Shown here one piece after another: positions 45,360 through 54,410 of a stretch of 54,410 bases of DNA. Numbering within the stretch: the stretch's first letter is position 1; each line of letters opens with the position of its first letter. Both the position numbers and the translations under genes were made by a program. The stretch spans positions 1 through 54,410 of IMG/VR virus record IMGVR_UViG_3300038824_000003. One strand, 5' to 3'. This DNA comes from a virus. Lineage: Duplodnaviria > Caudoviricetes. The notes under the pieces were generated by a model that saw nothing but the letters and a program-made list of their open reading frames with translations, was not told the DNA's origin and did no database searches.

Positions 45360-45487
45360 GTGGTATTTACTTTTTTAGGACAGCACCGTTTTTGCCACCT
45401 GTAGCCCCCGGCAGATACCAGCGCTGTTTGCATTGTGCGGGGGCGTGAGATTGACGCAGTATCTTACACGGTGTAAGACATTGCCTG

Positions 45488-46123
45488 TTATTCAAATGCG
45501 TCGAAGGCTCCTAAAAGCCACTCCGGTTTAAACGACCCAACACCATCGCGCAGTGGTGCGATTGCGTACTGGATAGCCAGGTCTAAATCTGCGTTTCGGC
45601 TGACGATTTCCATCAAGACGTGTGGCAGTTCAGCCGTGATAAATTCGTTGATCGCGTTGCTGGCATCCTGTTCAGACTGGCACACCCATTGGACAGTATC
45701 GCGCAGCGAAAGCGCAAGGGTATCCTGCGGCAAGCGGTCACTGTATTGCACGATCTTATCTGCCATCGCTGCTGCGAGGACATGCTGTGCAAGTGCCGGG
45801 CGATGCTTCAAAAATTGCTTCTCAAGCTGCCGGGCATATTCCAGCCCGAAAAATCCGACTTTATCCAGATCGGTTACTGCCGAGCTGCCCGAATTGTAGA
45901 TAATCCCGCAATTGCTGGATTGAACTGTAACTGGATACGTGACACCCGGAAGCGGCCCCAGCGTTAGCGACTGCTCGATATAGTCCTTTGACCATGAGTA
46001 TTTCCCCCAGGTAATGTCCAGCCGTATAAAATGTTCTATCCACTCGAAAAATTGGAGTTCCGGGTAAACCTCGCCGAAATTCTCAGCCAGTTCCCGGAGT
46101 TCCGCCACACGACTTTTCTCCAT
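45488..46123 (-). CDS. Hypothetical protein
   Basis: 211 aa ORF in the leftward arm. Confidence 0.7.
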   Translation of the reverse strand: MEKSRVAELRELAENFGEVYPELQFFEWIEHFIRLDITWGKYSWSKDYIEQSLTLGPLPGVTYPVTVQSSNCGIIYNSGSSAVTDLDKVGFFGLEYARQLEKQFLKHRPALAQHVLAAAMADKIVQYSDRLPQDTLALSLRDTVQWVCQSEQDASNAINEFITAELPHVLMEIVSRNADLDLAIQYAIAPLRDGVGSFKPEWLLGAFDAFE

Positions 46124-46148
46124 AGCTTACCCTTTTGTATTTTTACCT

Positions 46149-46352
46149 TCAGCCATCTTCGTCCTCTCGCGCTTCAACGCGATCTCTCAGCGCGTCGTAC
46201 TCATCAATTGAATAGCCCGCCAACAGCCAGCCAGTGAGACTGGTGGTGTCATACAGGATTTTCTCTAACTGCTTGATACGCTCGTGCAGGTTGCTGATTT
46301 CAATCTGCGCGACTTCTAATTGGTCATTCGTGTCTTTTTGCCTGATGTCCAT
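46149..46352 (-). CDS. Hypothetical coiled-coil protein
   Basis: 67 aa with AGGA RBS. Confidence 0.6.
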   Translation of the reverse strand: MDIRQKDTNDQLEVAQIEISNLHERIKQLEKILYDTTSLTGWLLAGYSIDEYDALRDRVEAREDEDG

Positions 46353-46354
46353 TC

Positions 46355-46711
46355 CTATTCCTCACCCACCTGACTCAGTAACTCCCTGCCCTGTGCAGTT
46401 GTGTACAGCATGTAGGCATGCGCATGCCTGTAGTCAAACTCAACCTGCAACAAACCCATGCTTTCGAGTTCTCTCGCCTCACGCACTTTGCTTTCATCGT
46501 GGCGCATGACGGACGAGCCGTGTCTCGCTGCTTTCAGGATATACTGCTGGTATGTGGTCAAACCATCCCAACTGACACCCCACCGTAGCACCTGATGGAT
46601 TTTGTCATCTAGTAGTCGCGAAACTATTTCCTGCAAAAATGCTACATCGTTCGCGCTTACTTTGGCAGGATCGCGATTCAGGATTGCTTGTAACCGTGCA
46701 AAATCACCCAT
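46355..46711 (-). CDS. Hypothetical protein with wHTH-like C-terminus
   Basis: LTTYQQYIL...ARELESMGLL...TTAQGRELL; ATG at 46711 with GAGG. Confidence 0.6.
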   Translation of the reverse strand: MGDFARLQAILNRDPAKVSANDVAFLQEIVSRLLDDKIHQVLRWGVSWDGLTTYQQYILKAARHGSSVMRHDESKVREARELESMGLLQVEFDYRHAHAYMLYTTAQGRELLSQVGEE

Positions 46712-47054
46712 TGTTAAGCACCTCGATTTCATCGGCGTAAAATTTCTTGGCAGGCCGACCGTCCCCAAATGTGATGTAATAGCCCGGAACACCATTCACC
46801 GAGTCCCCTTCTTCATACCAGTAGGACGTAGGCTCGGATGGTGGATACTCGACACCATCTCGCATCACGGCTGCGGTAATGGTGTCGCCATAAACACTGA
46901 CTGTCCGATCATTGCAATAGCGGCGTAGCGTGATACAGATTACAGCCTTCAAGGTATGCAACCAGCGAATAGCGCCATTGAGCCGCACAAAATGCTCTTC
47001 ATGATTGCAACGCTGTTTCGCAACTGCTGCAACCTCATACAAGATGTCATTCAT
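46704..47054 (-). CDS. Hypothetical protein
   Basis: ATGA overlap with the methyltransferase stop. Confidence 0.55.
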   Translation of the reverse strand: MNDILYEVAAVAKQRCNHEEHFVRLNGAIRWLHTLKAVICITLRRYCNDRTVSVYGDTITAAVMRDGVEYPPSEPTSYWYEEGDSVNGVPGYYITFGDGRPAKKFYADEIEVLNNG

Positions 47055-48262
47055 GCAGCATTCCCTTCGAGACTCCCGATACACCGCCGGACGAGCCACT
47101 CAGCAACCGGCGCTGTAACAGCGTTACCAATCTGGCGCACCTGGTCACGCTTTGTACCCAGTACGATATAATCGCCAGGGAAACCCATCCCCAGTTTCAA
47201 TTCGTCCGGCTGAAGCAGCCGAAAACGGACATCATCAATGTCCGGCTCAATCAGTGCATTGCGATCTAATGCTGTAATAGTTGGTAACGGTTCGTGGGTT
47301 AACTTATACGTCGGATTATTGTTGTAGGTCATGACCAACCCGATCCGACTCTCGGTTAGCACTGTAGGCAGTGGCAGCCGCAGCGAACTACTGGTGTCAT
47401 CTCGACTGTAGTAAGTGATCAAAAAAGCACCATACTTTTCCAGACCACGTCGAATACGTCGCATAGTGGAATCAGCCAGTGGCCTGTCACGATCACCTAT
47501 TCGAGGTGCATCAATTGACCAATCAATGACCGATGCGGCCGGTATGGTCACCGGCTTTACATCCTGCCCACATTGAGGGCAGCGGTAGACATACTGCCGT
47601 CGTGTCCCATAACGTCCCCGCTTTTTGGCAGGGTTTTTCCAGACCTGGACGGCATGTACCCATCCGTGCTCCTGACACTCAGCATGCGGTCGGTAGTCCA
47701 GGTCTGGAGCGAAATTGCCCACCCGCCAGAATACTGTATACCATCGGTCTCGTGATTGCGGCACACCGAAAAACATGCTGTTCAAATACAATGTTTTGTA
47801 GTTGTATCCGAGATTGGTCATGGCGAGATACCAGTCATTGAGGTAATGCCAGTGATAAATGTCAACGACATTTTCCACAATGACAATCTGGTATCGGTGA
47901 TATTCACTAAACTGCACTACCTCTCTCATTGTTGCCCGGCTGCGTTCTTCATCCGGGTCTAAGTGGTCATCGCCCCATAGCGAGCGTTGGGCGATGCCTT
48001 TGCGCTTGCGGCCTTTGGCAATCGAGTGATTTGTACACTCAGGCGAAAACCATGCCATCGTCGTCCGCGAAAATCGCGATGGGTGCGCCAACTGCAAATC
48101 GCTCAAATCGTGGTCAGTATCCGGGTGATTACTGTTGTGCGTTTCGATAGCCAGTTGCCAGTGATTGGCTGCCATCGTGACCCGCGCCCCCGCCAGCACT
48201 GCACCAGTGCTTGATCCGCCTGCCCCACAAAAAAAATCTGTCAGTGTAACGTCGCTGGTCAT
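47051..48262 (-). CDS. dcm: C5-cytosine DNA methyltransferase
   Basis: DFFCGAGG, SPEC, ENV, PQSRDR and QIGNAV. Confidence 0.93.
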   Translation of the reverse strand: MTSDVTLTDFFCGAGGSSTGAVLAGARVTMAANHWQLAIETHNSNHPDTDHDLSDLQLAHPSRFSRTTMAWFSPECTNHSIAKGRKRKGIAQRSLWGDDHLDPDEERSRATMREVVQFSEYHRYQIVIVENVVDIYHWHYLNDWYLAMTNLGYNYKTLYLNSMFFGVPQSRDRWYTVFWRVGNFAPDLDYRPHAECQEHGWVHAVQVWKNPAKKRGRYGTRRQYVYRCPQCGQDVKPVTIPAASVIDWSIDAPRIGDRDRPLADSTMRRIRRGLEKYGAFLITYYSRDDTSSSLRLPLPTVLTESRIGLVMTYNNNPTYKLTHEPLPTITALDRNALIEPDIDDVRFRLLQPDELKLGMGFPGDYIVLGTKRDQVRQIGNAVTAPVAEWLVRRCIGSLEGNAA

Positions 48263-48263
48263 G

Positions 48264-50693
48264 TCACGATTCCTGTGGGATGTAGCCCGGATTCATATGC
48301 GGCATCTGGTCATCAATGAACTTAAGGCGTGGCGGATTGAAGGGCGGCAGCAATGATTTCTTCGCATCTGGTTCGGCATTGTCCTCAGCCCACTCAAACA
48401 ATGTCGTCTGATTGGCCTGCCGTTCGGCATGCTTCAGGTTACGAATACCTTCAGTGTGCCAGTTGGGATTGAGTTCAATCCCGATGTACTGCCGGTGCAT
48501 CAATACCGTTTGATACCCGACACTGCCCACTCCGCTAAAAGGATCAAGCACGGTTTCATTCGGTGCAGACCAGATGCGGGCGACACGTTCAATAAAGCCC
48601 AATTGCAGCGGGCAGAGATGGCGCTGATCTTCCATTACCAGCTTGGCACGTTTCGTTTGCGAGGGGACAACATCAACCTCTTGAATGCCGTACCACACCG
48701 GCTCCCTGCTGTCTATGTAGGCCAGCAGTTCTTTACGGGTCATCTTCTCCAGATCGGGTTTCTGGTCACTGGTAAGGTCATCCGGCAACCAGACCGGCTT
48801 TGCCCAATGGTTCCATGTCTGGCGGGGGATATCGGTAGCGTCGAGTGGTCGCGGATTATCGCCGGGCTTTTTGAAGACCAGCAGATGATCTGCCAGCGCG
48901 GCTCCGCATTTTGCCGAGTCGGTTTCGAGCGATTTATACAGTAGGCTGACGTGGTGCTTACGCCGGGCCTGCACCTGCGCGTTTTTGTCGATGGTGTAAT
49001 CGGAATAGTAAACAAACCCGGCTTCGGCAAACGCACGGATAACTGCCCCGCGAAAATCAATCAACCCCACGCTGCCGGTATCACGTTTCGTTATGCGAAT
49101 CTGCTGCAAATGGATAGCCACATTGCGACCCGGCATCATCACACGATACAACTCGCGCAACTGGTAGGCATACTGAGCCATAAACTGATCGAGGTTTTGC
49201 GAATTGCCCAGGTCATTGAGCATGTTGGTATAGGCGTAACGATTGGAAAATGGTGGCGAGGTTATCACCAAATGAACGCTATCATCCGGGATTGACGCCA
49301 GCGGGCCTGCCGGATCGCAACTGTCGCCACAATACAGTGCCCATCCGCGACCGCGATCAACTTGATACGTGTCAGACTGCATAATCTGGAGATCGAATTG
49401 ATTGCGATCCTGAAGCGTCTCAATCAGCTTGCTGGACATTGCTTCAGCCTGTTGTCGCTTGCTTTCGATGTTCTCGACAATGGCTTGTTGGACATCAGCG
49501 TGAATGACGTGTACTTCGACCGTCTTTGTTTGCCCGAAGCGATATTGGCGGTGTACCCCCTGGTGGAACTGCTCAAAGCTGTCGTTAATCCCAACCCAGA
49601 TTTGCTTGTGACTGTGCTGGAAATTCATACCAAACCCGCAGATGGTAGGCTTGGAAATCAGGACACGGTATTCACCACGCATGAAGGCTTCATAGGCGCT
49701 GGTTTTATCTTCCGCCCCCATCTTACCCTCGACGAGCACGGCCCCACGCACCGCTTTTATGAGGGCTTCCCCTTCGCTATTGAGGTGATGCCAGATGATG
49801 TATTGCTCATCGTCGGAGTTGGCAAGGGCAATCGCTTTGTGGACCCGTTCCGGCTCCGTTTCGCGCTGGACTCTGGCGCGATCTGACACCCCCTTGAGTG
49901 ATGTAAACATCAACTGGCCTTCCGGCACATAGTCCGCATTGACTTCATGGGCAATGATTTTCAAAGCCGGAAGCTCATAACCCTTGTCGCTATAGCCCAG
50001 ATCGGATGGGTTTTTCATCGCCATTGCCCAACTGGACAGCCAGTTATAGAACGGCTTTTCGGCGGCTGGCCGGAGCACTGTCTTTAGCTGCTTGCCACCT
50101 TCATTCTCAAAGAATGTCGCAAAGCATTCTTTCCTGGACATAATGCCCAGGAAGGCGGCATGATTGACAATTTCTTTGATGTCGTTCGGGGCCGGGGTTG
50201 CCGTAAAGCAAAAGCGATAAGCGGTATGCCGCCACTGTTTTGTGAGCGCCAGGCGGGTTTTGCTGTCCAGCGATTTGAGAATGCTGGACTCATCCAGGAT
50301 TACAATTTCGAACTGCTTGGGATCGAACTTATGGGCGTGTTCGTAGTTGGTAATCCATAGTTTCTGATCACCCGTAACCTCACGCTGCGCGGTTGCATAC
50401 TTGACCAGATAACCAAGCTCCAGGGCTTCACGCTGGGTCTGACTGGCAACCGAGAGCGGTGCGATGATAAGGGCGCGTTTATCGATCAGGCGTGCAATCT
50501 CCAGTTGAATGCGAGTTTTACCCAGGCCGTAATTAAACCAGATCGCGGCCCGGCCTTGCTTGACAGCCCACTGGACGGCATCGCGCTGAAACTGAAACAA
50601 CGACGGATGGATCCGGTCAGGTTCGATGGCGATGCCTGCGGGGCGTGCCCGCAGGTCTTTGGTCTTCAGGAATTCGGCATATGGCATTGTCAT
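48264..50693 (-). CDS. SNF2-like helicase fused to an N4/N6 DNA methyltransferase
   Basis: GLGKT, LDESS, TATPAPND and RQYRFGQ, then TSPPF, HLCPLQL and DPFSGVGS. Confidence 0.9.
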   Translation of the reverse strand: MTMPYAEFLKTKDLRARPAGIAIEPDRIHPSLFQFQRDAVQWAVKQGRAAIWFNYGLGKTRIQLEIARLIDKRALIIAPLSVASQTQREALELGYLVKYATAQREVTGDQKLWITNYEHAHKFDPKQFEIVILDESSILKSLDSKTRLALTKQWRHTAYRFCFTATPAPNDIKEIVNHAAFLGIMSRKECFATFFENEGGKQLKTVLRPAAEKPFYNWLSSWAMAMKNPSDLGYSDKGYELPALKIIAHEVNADYVPEGQLMFTSLKGVSDRARVQRETEPERVHKAIALANSDDEQYIIWHHLNSEGEALIKAVRGAVLVEGKMGAEDKTSAYEAFMRGEYRVLISKPTICGFGMNFQHSHKQIWVGINDSFEQFHQGVHRQYRFGQTKTVEVHVIHADVQQAIVENIESKRQQAEAMSSKLIETLQDRNQFDLQIMQSDTYQVDRGRGWALYCGDSCDPAGPLASIPDDSVHLVITSPPFSNRYAYTNMLNDLGNSQNLDQFMAQYAYQLRELYRVMMPGRNVAIHLQQIRITKRDTGSVGLIDFRGAVIRAFAEAGFVYYSDYTIDKNAQVQARRKHHVSLLYKSLETDSAKCGAALADHLLVFKKPGDNPRPLDATDIPRQTWNHWAKPVWLPDDLTSDQKPDLEKMTRKELLAYIDSREPVWYGIQEVDVVPSQTKRAKLVMEDQRHLCPLQLGFIERVARIWSAPNETVLDPFSGVGSVGYQTVLMHRQYIGIELNPNWHTEGIRNLKHAERQANQTTLFEWAEDNAEPDAKKSLLPPFNPPRLKFIDDQMPHMNPGYIPQES

Positions 50694-50995
50694 GGGTGTT
50701 TCACCTCTGCCAGGCGATAGCCCAGATGCTCAAAGACCCGCAAGGTCTCCGGTTTCAAATCGCGCATTGGTGCAGTATTCAACATTGTCAGACGCATCAG
50801 ATTGATGCACCCCCGCTCGTGATCGACCAGCAAAACGCGCTGTTCTTTCGCTTCGCGGATGCCGGGCACTGGCTGTGCGCTGGTATCCGCATACGGCTTA
50901 ATTTGCCCGCGAATCGACGCCTTCCTGCGGGCACGCTGGCGCTGTTTGCGAGCCGGATGCAGCCGCTTGGTGGGTGTATTATTCAGCATCGTCAT
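50690..50995 (-). CDS. Hypothetical basic protein
   Basis: ATG at 50995 with GGAGG; ATGA-coupled to the helicase gene. Confidence 0.55.
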   Translation of the reverse strand: MTMLNNTPTKRLHPARKQRQRARRKASIRGQIKPYADTSAQPVPGIREAKEQRVLLVDHERGCINLMRLTMLNTAPMRDLKPETLRVFEHLGYRLAEVKHP

Positions 50996-51488
50996 CTCCC
51001 TCCCACTCAGTCCCTTCCCAGGCCACATCCTCAATGATTTCGCGAATGCGCTCGCGGGCGTAGCGGGTGTAATCAACGAGTCCTTCACCCATCGCAGCAT
51101 CGAGGAAATAGGCCACTTGAATTTCGGTCATACCGGTTTCGATGCTGATCTGGCGCACGACGTGTTTCAAGGTGGTCTCGATACTGCGGCGTTCAGCGTT
51201 CATGACCTCCTGTGAGGTGAATTGTAGTTGCATCTGCAATTCGGCAACCTCGCTACGCATGCCTTGCAGGGCATGGTTCAACGCGCCGGTTCCGGCCAGC
51301 ATGTAGGTACTGGCCGTCATGATCTGGGCCATCTGCTCGTTGGCCTGGACTTTGGTTTCCTCATCGAGATCGCTGTCCATGATGGTTTCCCACAGGGCTG
51401 CCAGGTTCGCCTGGATTTCGTCGCGCTTCTCAACGATCAGTTCCGGTGCGGCCTGTTCGGTTTTCTGGATGTACGTCCTATTACTCAT
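50979..51488 (-). CDS. Hypothetical coiled-coil protein
   Basis: 169 aa with GGAGG RBS. Confidence 0.7.
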   Translation of the reverse strand: MSNRTYIQKTEQAAPELIVEKRDEIQANLAALWETIMDSDLDEETKVQANEQMAQIMTASTYMLAGTGALNHALQGMRSEVAELQMQLQFTSQEVMNAERRSIETTLKHVVRQISIETGMTEIQVAYFLDAAMGEGLVDYTRYARERIREIIEDVAWEGTEWEGDDDAE

Positions 51489-51699
51489 GGCGTATACCCT
51501 CCATCACATTGCGCCAGGCAGCGGAAATGACTTCCGGCCCTGGGGCAGGGCGTGCAAACGGGTTGTGCTGTGGGACACTGCGCGGTGGGTTGAAGATAAT
51601 CTCCACATTGCGCGGCCTGGGCGTGGGCTGCTGCGTCTGCCGGATCAATACCACACAGACCAGCAACCAGATCATCAGGGCAAACAGTCGTAATTTCAT
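51481..51699 (-). CDS. Small protein with N-terminal TM segment
   Basis: MKLRLFALMIWLLVCVVLI; GGAGG RBS. Confidence 0.6.
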   Translation of the reverse strand: MKLRLFALMIWLLVCVVLIRQTQQPTPRPRNVEIIFNPPRSVPQHNPFARPAPGPEVISAAWRNVMEGIRHE

Positions 51700-51950
51700 G
51701 AGTCATTATCCTCCGGCCATAGCTGCACCTGAAAGGCAGCGCGTTTTTCCAGCAGTTCGTTGCGGGCTGCCAGCGCCCGCACGCGAGCGGCGAGTCGGCC
51801 CGGTTCGGCCCCGGTCATCGGGTCAATTCCGGCATCATCCAGCAGCCGGTGGGCAGTGCGGGCATCGGCCCGAAGCTGGTTAACAGCCCGCGCCAGTGCA
51901 TCGCGCTGCCGCATGAGATCGTCATAGCTCGGTGGTTGCATCGCGACCAT
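51696..51950 (-). CDS. Hypothetical protein
   Basis: 84 aa helical ORF coupled to its neighbours. Confidence 0.6.
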   Translation of the reverse strand: MVAMQPPSYDDLMRQRDALARAVNQLRADARTAHRLLDDAGIDPMTGAEPGRLAARVRALAARNELLEKRAAFQVQLWPEDNDS

Positions 51951-51951
51951 G

Positions 51952-52260
51952 TTACACCCCCCGCCAGTAATCGCGGACAGCGCGGGCGAAGCGGTCTTCG
52001 ACGCTGAACACCTCCGGCGTCACCAGCGAATCCAGCCACTGGTTAACGGTAGGCATCGCGATAACGACAGCGACAAAGGCCGGGTAGGTGCGCCTGATAG
52101 CACTATGCTGGTTGCTATCCGCAGCATCGGCGTATTCACACACGGCTTGCACCTGCTGCGCGGTCGGGCGGGCAGCGAAGAACAACAATGCCTGCTCTTT
52201 GATTTCACGGTCGTTCACTTCTGTTTTCACATTTACAATTCGCATGTCAGCTATCTCCAT
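51952..52260 (-). CDS. Hypothetical protein
   Basis: ORF directly downstream of dnaB. Confidence 0.6.
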   Translation of the reverse strand: MEIADMRIVNVKTEVNDREIKEQALLFFAARPTAQQVQAVCEYADAADSNQHSAIRRTYPAFVAVVIAMPTVNQWLDSLVTPEVFSVEDRFARAVRDYWRGV

Positions 52261-52316
52261 TTGTGCTAGCTGATCGCCGGGGTTGGTGTGTTAGACCGGC
52301 CCCGGTCATTCGGTCA

Positions 52317-53723
52317 TTATGATTTCCCGGCAGCCATATCCCTGCCGGTCATCGGGCGCGGTTTATCTTTTGCGCCAACATCATTCAAGTACAATATCTT
52401 GCTTTTCATCTGCTCCGGCATGTCATAGACATACGCGGTGGTCTGATCCATGTAAACCTCAACCGTACCACGCTGTCCGTTCAGCCGGTTTTTGGGCACA
52501 ATCAGCTTGAGAAAACCGGGATCAACCTCGGTTTTGTAAAACCCCTCGCGATGCAGAAGCACGACGGCATCGGCATCCTCTTCGATATTGCCACTGCCCT
52601 TGAAGTCATCCAGGCGGGGCGGTCGTCCCCCGCTCGATTTGCGGTTCAACTGCATGGCAATGTGCAGTACGATGTTTCGCTTCTGAGCAATACGTGGCAT
52701 CGTGTTGCTGATATAGTTCAGTTCCTCCCGCTCCGAACGCGCCCGCAGCGCCCCCACGCCCAACCGCTGCATGTAGTCAATCATGACCACATCGACACCC
52801 CGGCGAGCCTGCTCACTGGCGATGTAGTCGTCCAGCTGGCGCGGCGACATCCCACGCGACGGGCAGATGGTGAGGCGGGTGTTATGCAGCCAGCCCATCA
52901 CCTCGGTGTAGCTGGCAATTTCGGCATCCGTCAGATCACCGGCGGCCAGCTTTACACTTGGAATCCCCATCTCCATCGCCACCAGCCGGTCGGTGATTTC
53001 CTCAACGGTGGTCTCAACCGTGAAAAGAAGCACTGACATTCCGGCACGTAGATTGTTGAGCGCCATCGAAAGGAACGCTGCGGTCTTACCCATGTGGGTA
53101 CGCGCTCCCCAGTAGATGGCCTTCTTGCGACGAACCCCGCCAGCAAACAGGGTGTCGAGGGCAGTAAACCCGGTCGGCAGCACTGCGCCCTGGTCGCCGC
53201 CCTGCTGCTGCTGCTCGATGCGAGCGTACTGGGCATCGAGTGCGGCCTGAATGTCAGTTAGCTCACCCTGCCGGTGGTCGTCGGTTGCGGTCTGGTAAAC
53301 TTCACCAGCCAGCCGGATGCAGTCCTCCAAAGTCTGCGACTCGTCCATCGCCAGCGCCTTGATCTGGTCGGCGGCCTTTATCATCCGCACGCGGATCGCA
53401 GCGCGTTTGACGATGTGGGCATAGGTGGTCGCGTGCTGTGATGTGGGCACGTTAAATGCCAGATAGGTGATATACGCCTGCCCGCCTACTTCTTCCAGGC
53501 GTCCCATGGCCTGCAACTCATGACTCAGGGTCAGGAAATCCAGGTTGTCGCCACGCTGCACAATGCGCCCCATCGCCTGCCAGACGAACCGGTTTCGCAG
53601 GAAGTAGAAATCATCAGCAGACCAGATCGTTGCCATCTCGTGATAGCTGAGCGGGTTAACGAGTACCGCGCCCAAGCCCGCTTCCTCTGCTTCCTGGCTG
53701 TAAGGGAGTTTCTGGTCAGTCAT
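52317..53723 (-). CDS. dnaB: Replicative DNA helicase, DnaB family
   Basis: PYSQEAE, PTGF..LD, ARTHMGKT, IDYMQ, QLNR, SGNIEEDAD and KNRLNG. Confidence 0.95.
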   Translation of the reverse strand: MTDQKLPYSQEAEEAGLGAVLVNPLSYHEMATIWSADDFYFLRNRFVWQAMGRIVQRGDNLDFLTLSHELQAMGRLEEVGGQAYITYLAFNVPTSQHATTYAHIVKRAAIRVRMIKAADQIKALAMDESQTLEDCIRLAGEVYQTATDDHRQGELTDIQAALDAQYARIEQQQQGGDQGAVLPTGFTALDTLFAGGVRRKKAIYWGARTHMGKTAAFLSMALNNLRAGMSVLLFTVETTVEEITDRLVAMEMGIPSVKLAAGDLTDAEIASYTEVMGWLHNTRLTICPSRGMSPRQLDDYIASEQARRGVDVVMIDYMQRLGVGALRARSEREELNYISNTMPRIAQKRNIVLHIAMQLNRKSSGGRPPRLDDFKGSGNIEEDADAVVLLHREGFYKTEVDPGFLKLIVPKNRLNGQRGTVEVYMDQTTAYVYDMPEQMKSKILYLNDVGAKDKPRPMTGRDMAAGKS

Positions 53724-54410
53724 GACGCACCGCCAGGAGTAACATTCGCCAGCACTTTTTCTTTGAGTGCCCGCATCTTCGCGAGATTGTCCTCATTTCG
53801 TGTTACGGGCGGCGGCGTGTAGGGCTGGTAAGCCGGATCGCTGTCGATGGCATCGCGGGAGTCCAACCAGGGGCGGATACTCTTCGCAATGTATGGCAGT
53901 GATATGGTCTTGTCCTGCCAGAAGTCATCCTGCCGCCGGTCGGCAATGAAGTCGCGAATATTCTGCGGTGTAATCCCGGCCTCATACAGGGCTTCAGCCT
54001 GAGCGCGGCGGGTTTTGTTGGCGTAGACGCGGGCCGGATCAGCGACGATCTCGCCGGACGCTTCGACATGCGCGGTCAGCAGCGCATTGACCGCCTTCGA
54101 TTTTTCTTTTCGCTTTTCTTCGTTGGCCTCCCACTCGCTTGAAAGGCGAACGAGTGTGGCTACCAGAGTCCTCCGACGCTGGATTGTCTGATAGCGTTCG
54201 ATGGTGGGGGTGTCAGAGTCAGCGGTTGCTGGCGCGTCAGCGCACGTATCGTTAGATACGTCAGAGTCGTTTAAGTGACGGTTCAATGACGGTTCGGGTG
54301 TCACCCAGTTCACCCCCCCCCCGTCACCCAGTTCACCCCTGGGGTGAACCCCAGTTCGCCCCCCCGCATTATCTACGGTATCCACAGGGGGTGTCGCAGC
54401 GTTCACCCCC
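53720..54410 (-). CDS. Phage replication initiator, C-terminal part (begins at 419 across the junction)
   Basis: In frame with 419..93; ATGA-coupled to dnaB; DDFWQDK motif. Confidence 0.8.
   Translation of the reverse strand, partial: GVNAATPPVDTVDNAGGRTGVHPRGELGDGGGVNWVTPEPSLNRHLNDSDVSNDTCADAPATADSDTPTIERYQTIQRRRTLVATLVRLSSEWEANEEKRKEKSKAVNALLTAHVEASGEIVADPARVYANKTRRAQAEALYEAGITPQNIRDFIADRRQDDFWQDKTISLPYIAKSIRPWLDSRDAIDSDPAYQPYTPPPVTRNEDNLAKMRALKEKVLANVTPGGAS

Larger units (their letters stand above)
44081..45443. repeat. 23-bp direct repeats bounding a small-ORF module
   Basis: GC(A/G)CTGTTTGCATTGTGCGGGGG at 44081-44103 and 45421-45443. Confidence 0.8.

Noticed and set aside
54313-54410. 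Biological direct terminal repeat
   Set aside because: It falls in the middle of the initiator gene and its length fits an assembler overlap; treated as a circularity signal only.

Overview
This window looks like a complete, circularly assembled siphovirus-type phage genome of about 54.3 kb. Bases 2-99 repeat as 54313-54410, and the replication initiator ORF reads in frame across the junction. Leftward genes (about 5200 down to 1, continuing 54410 down to 44100) cover early functions: an HTH replication initiator with internal iterons, DnaB helicase, an SNF2-methyltransferase fusion, a C5 methyltransferase, a Gp3-like recombination protein and a repeat-bounded cassette of small ORFs. Rightward genes include a small regulator, a DUF3102 protein, an intact non-autonomous IscB/omegaRNA element splitting a small gene, ParA with an LmbU-like partner, a HerA-like ATPase and a structured non-coding locus with two anticodon-less tRNA-like folds. 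These are followed by an HK97-type head module, a glycosyltransferase/methyltransferase block, a non-contractile tail module and an atypical lysis region. I found no integrase. ParA plus a predicted antisense RNA in the initiator leader suggests a plasmid-like prophage. The host is tentatively Chloroflexota (Anaerolineae-like), from my recollection of similar DnaB sequences only. All family calls come from motif recognition by eye; no searches were run.
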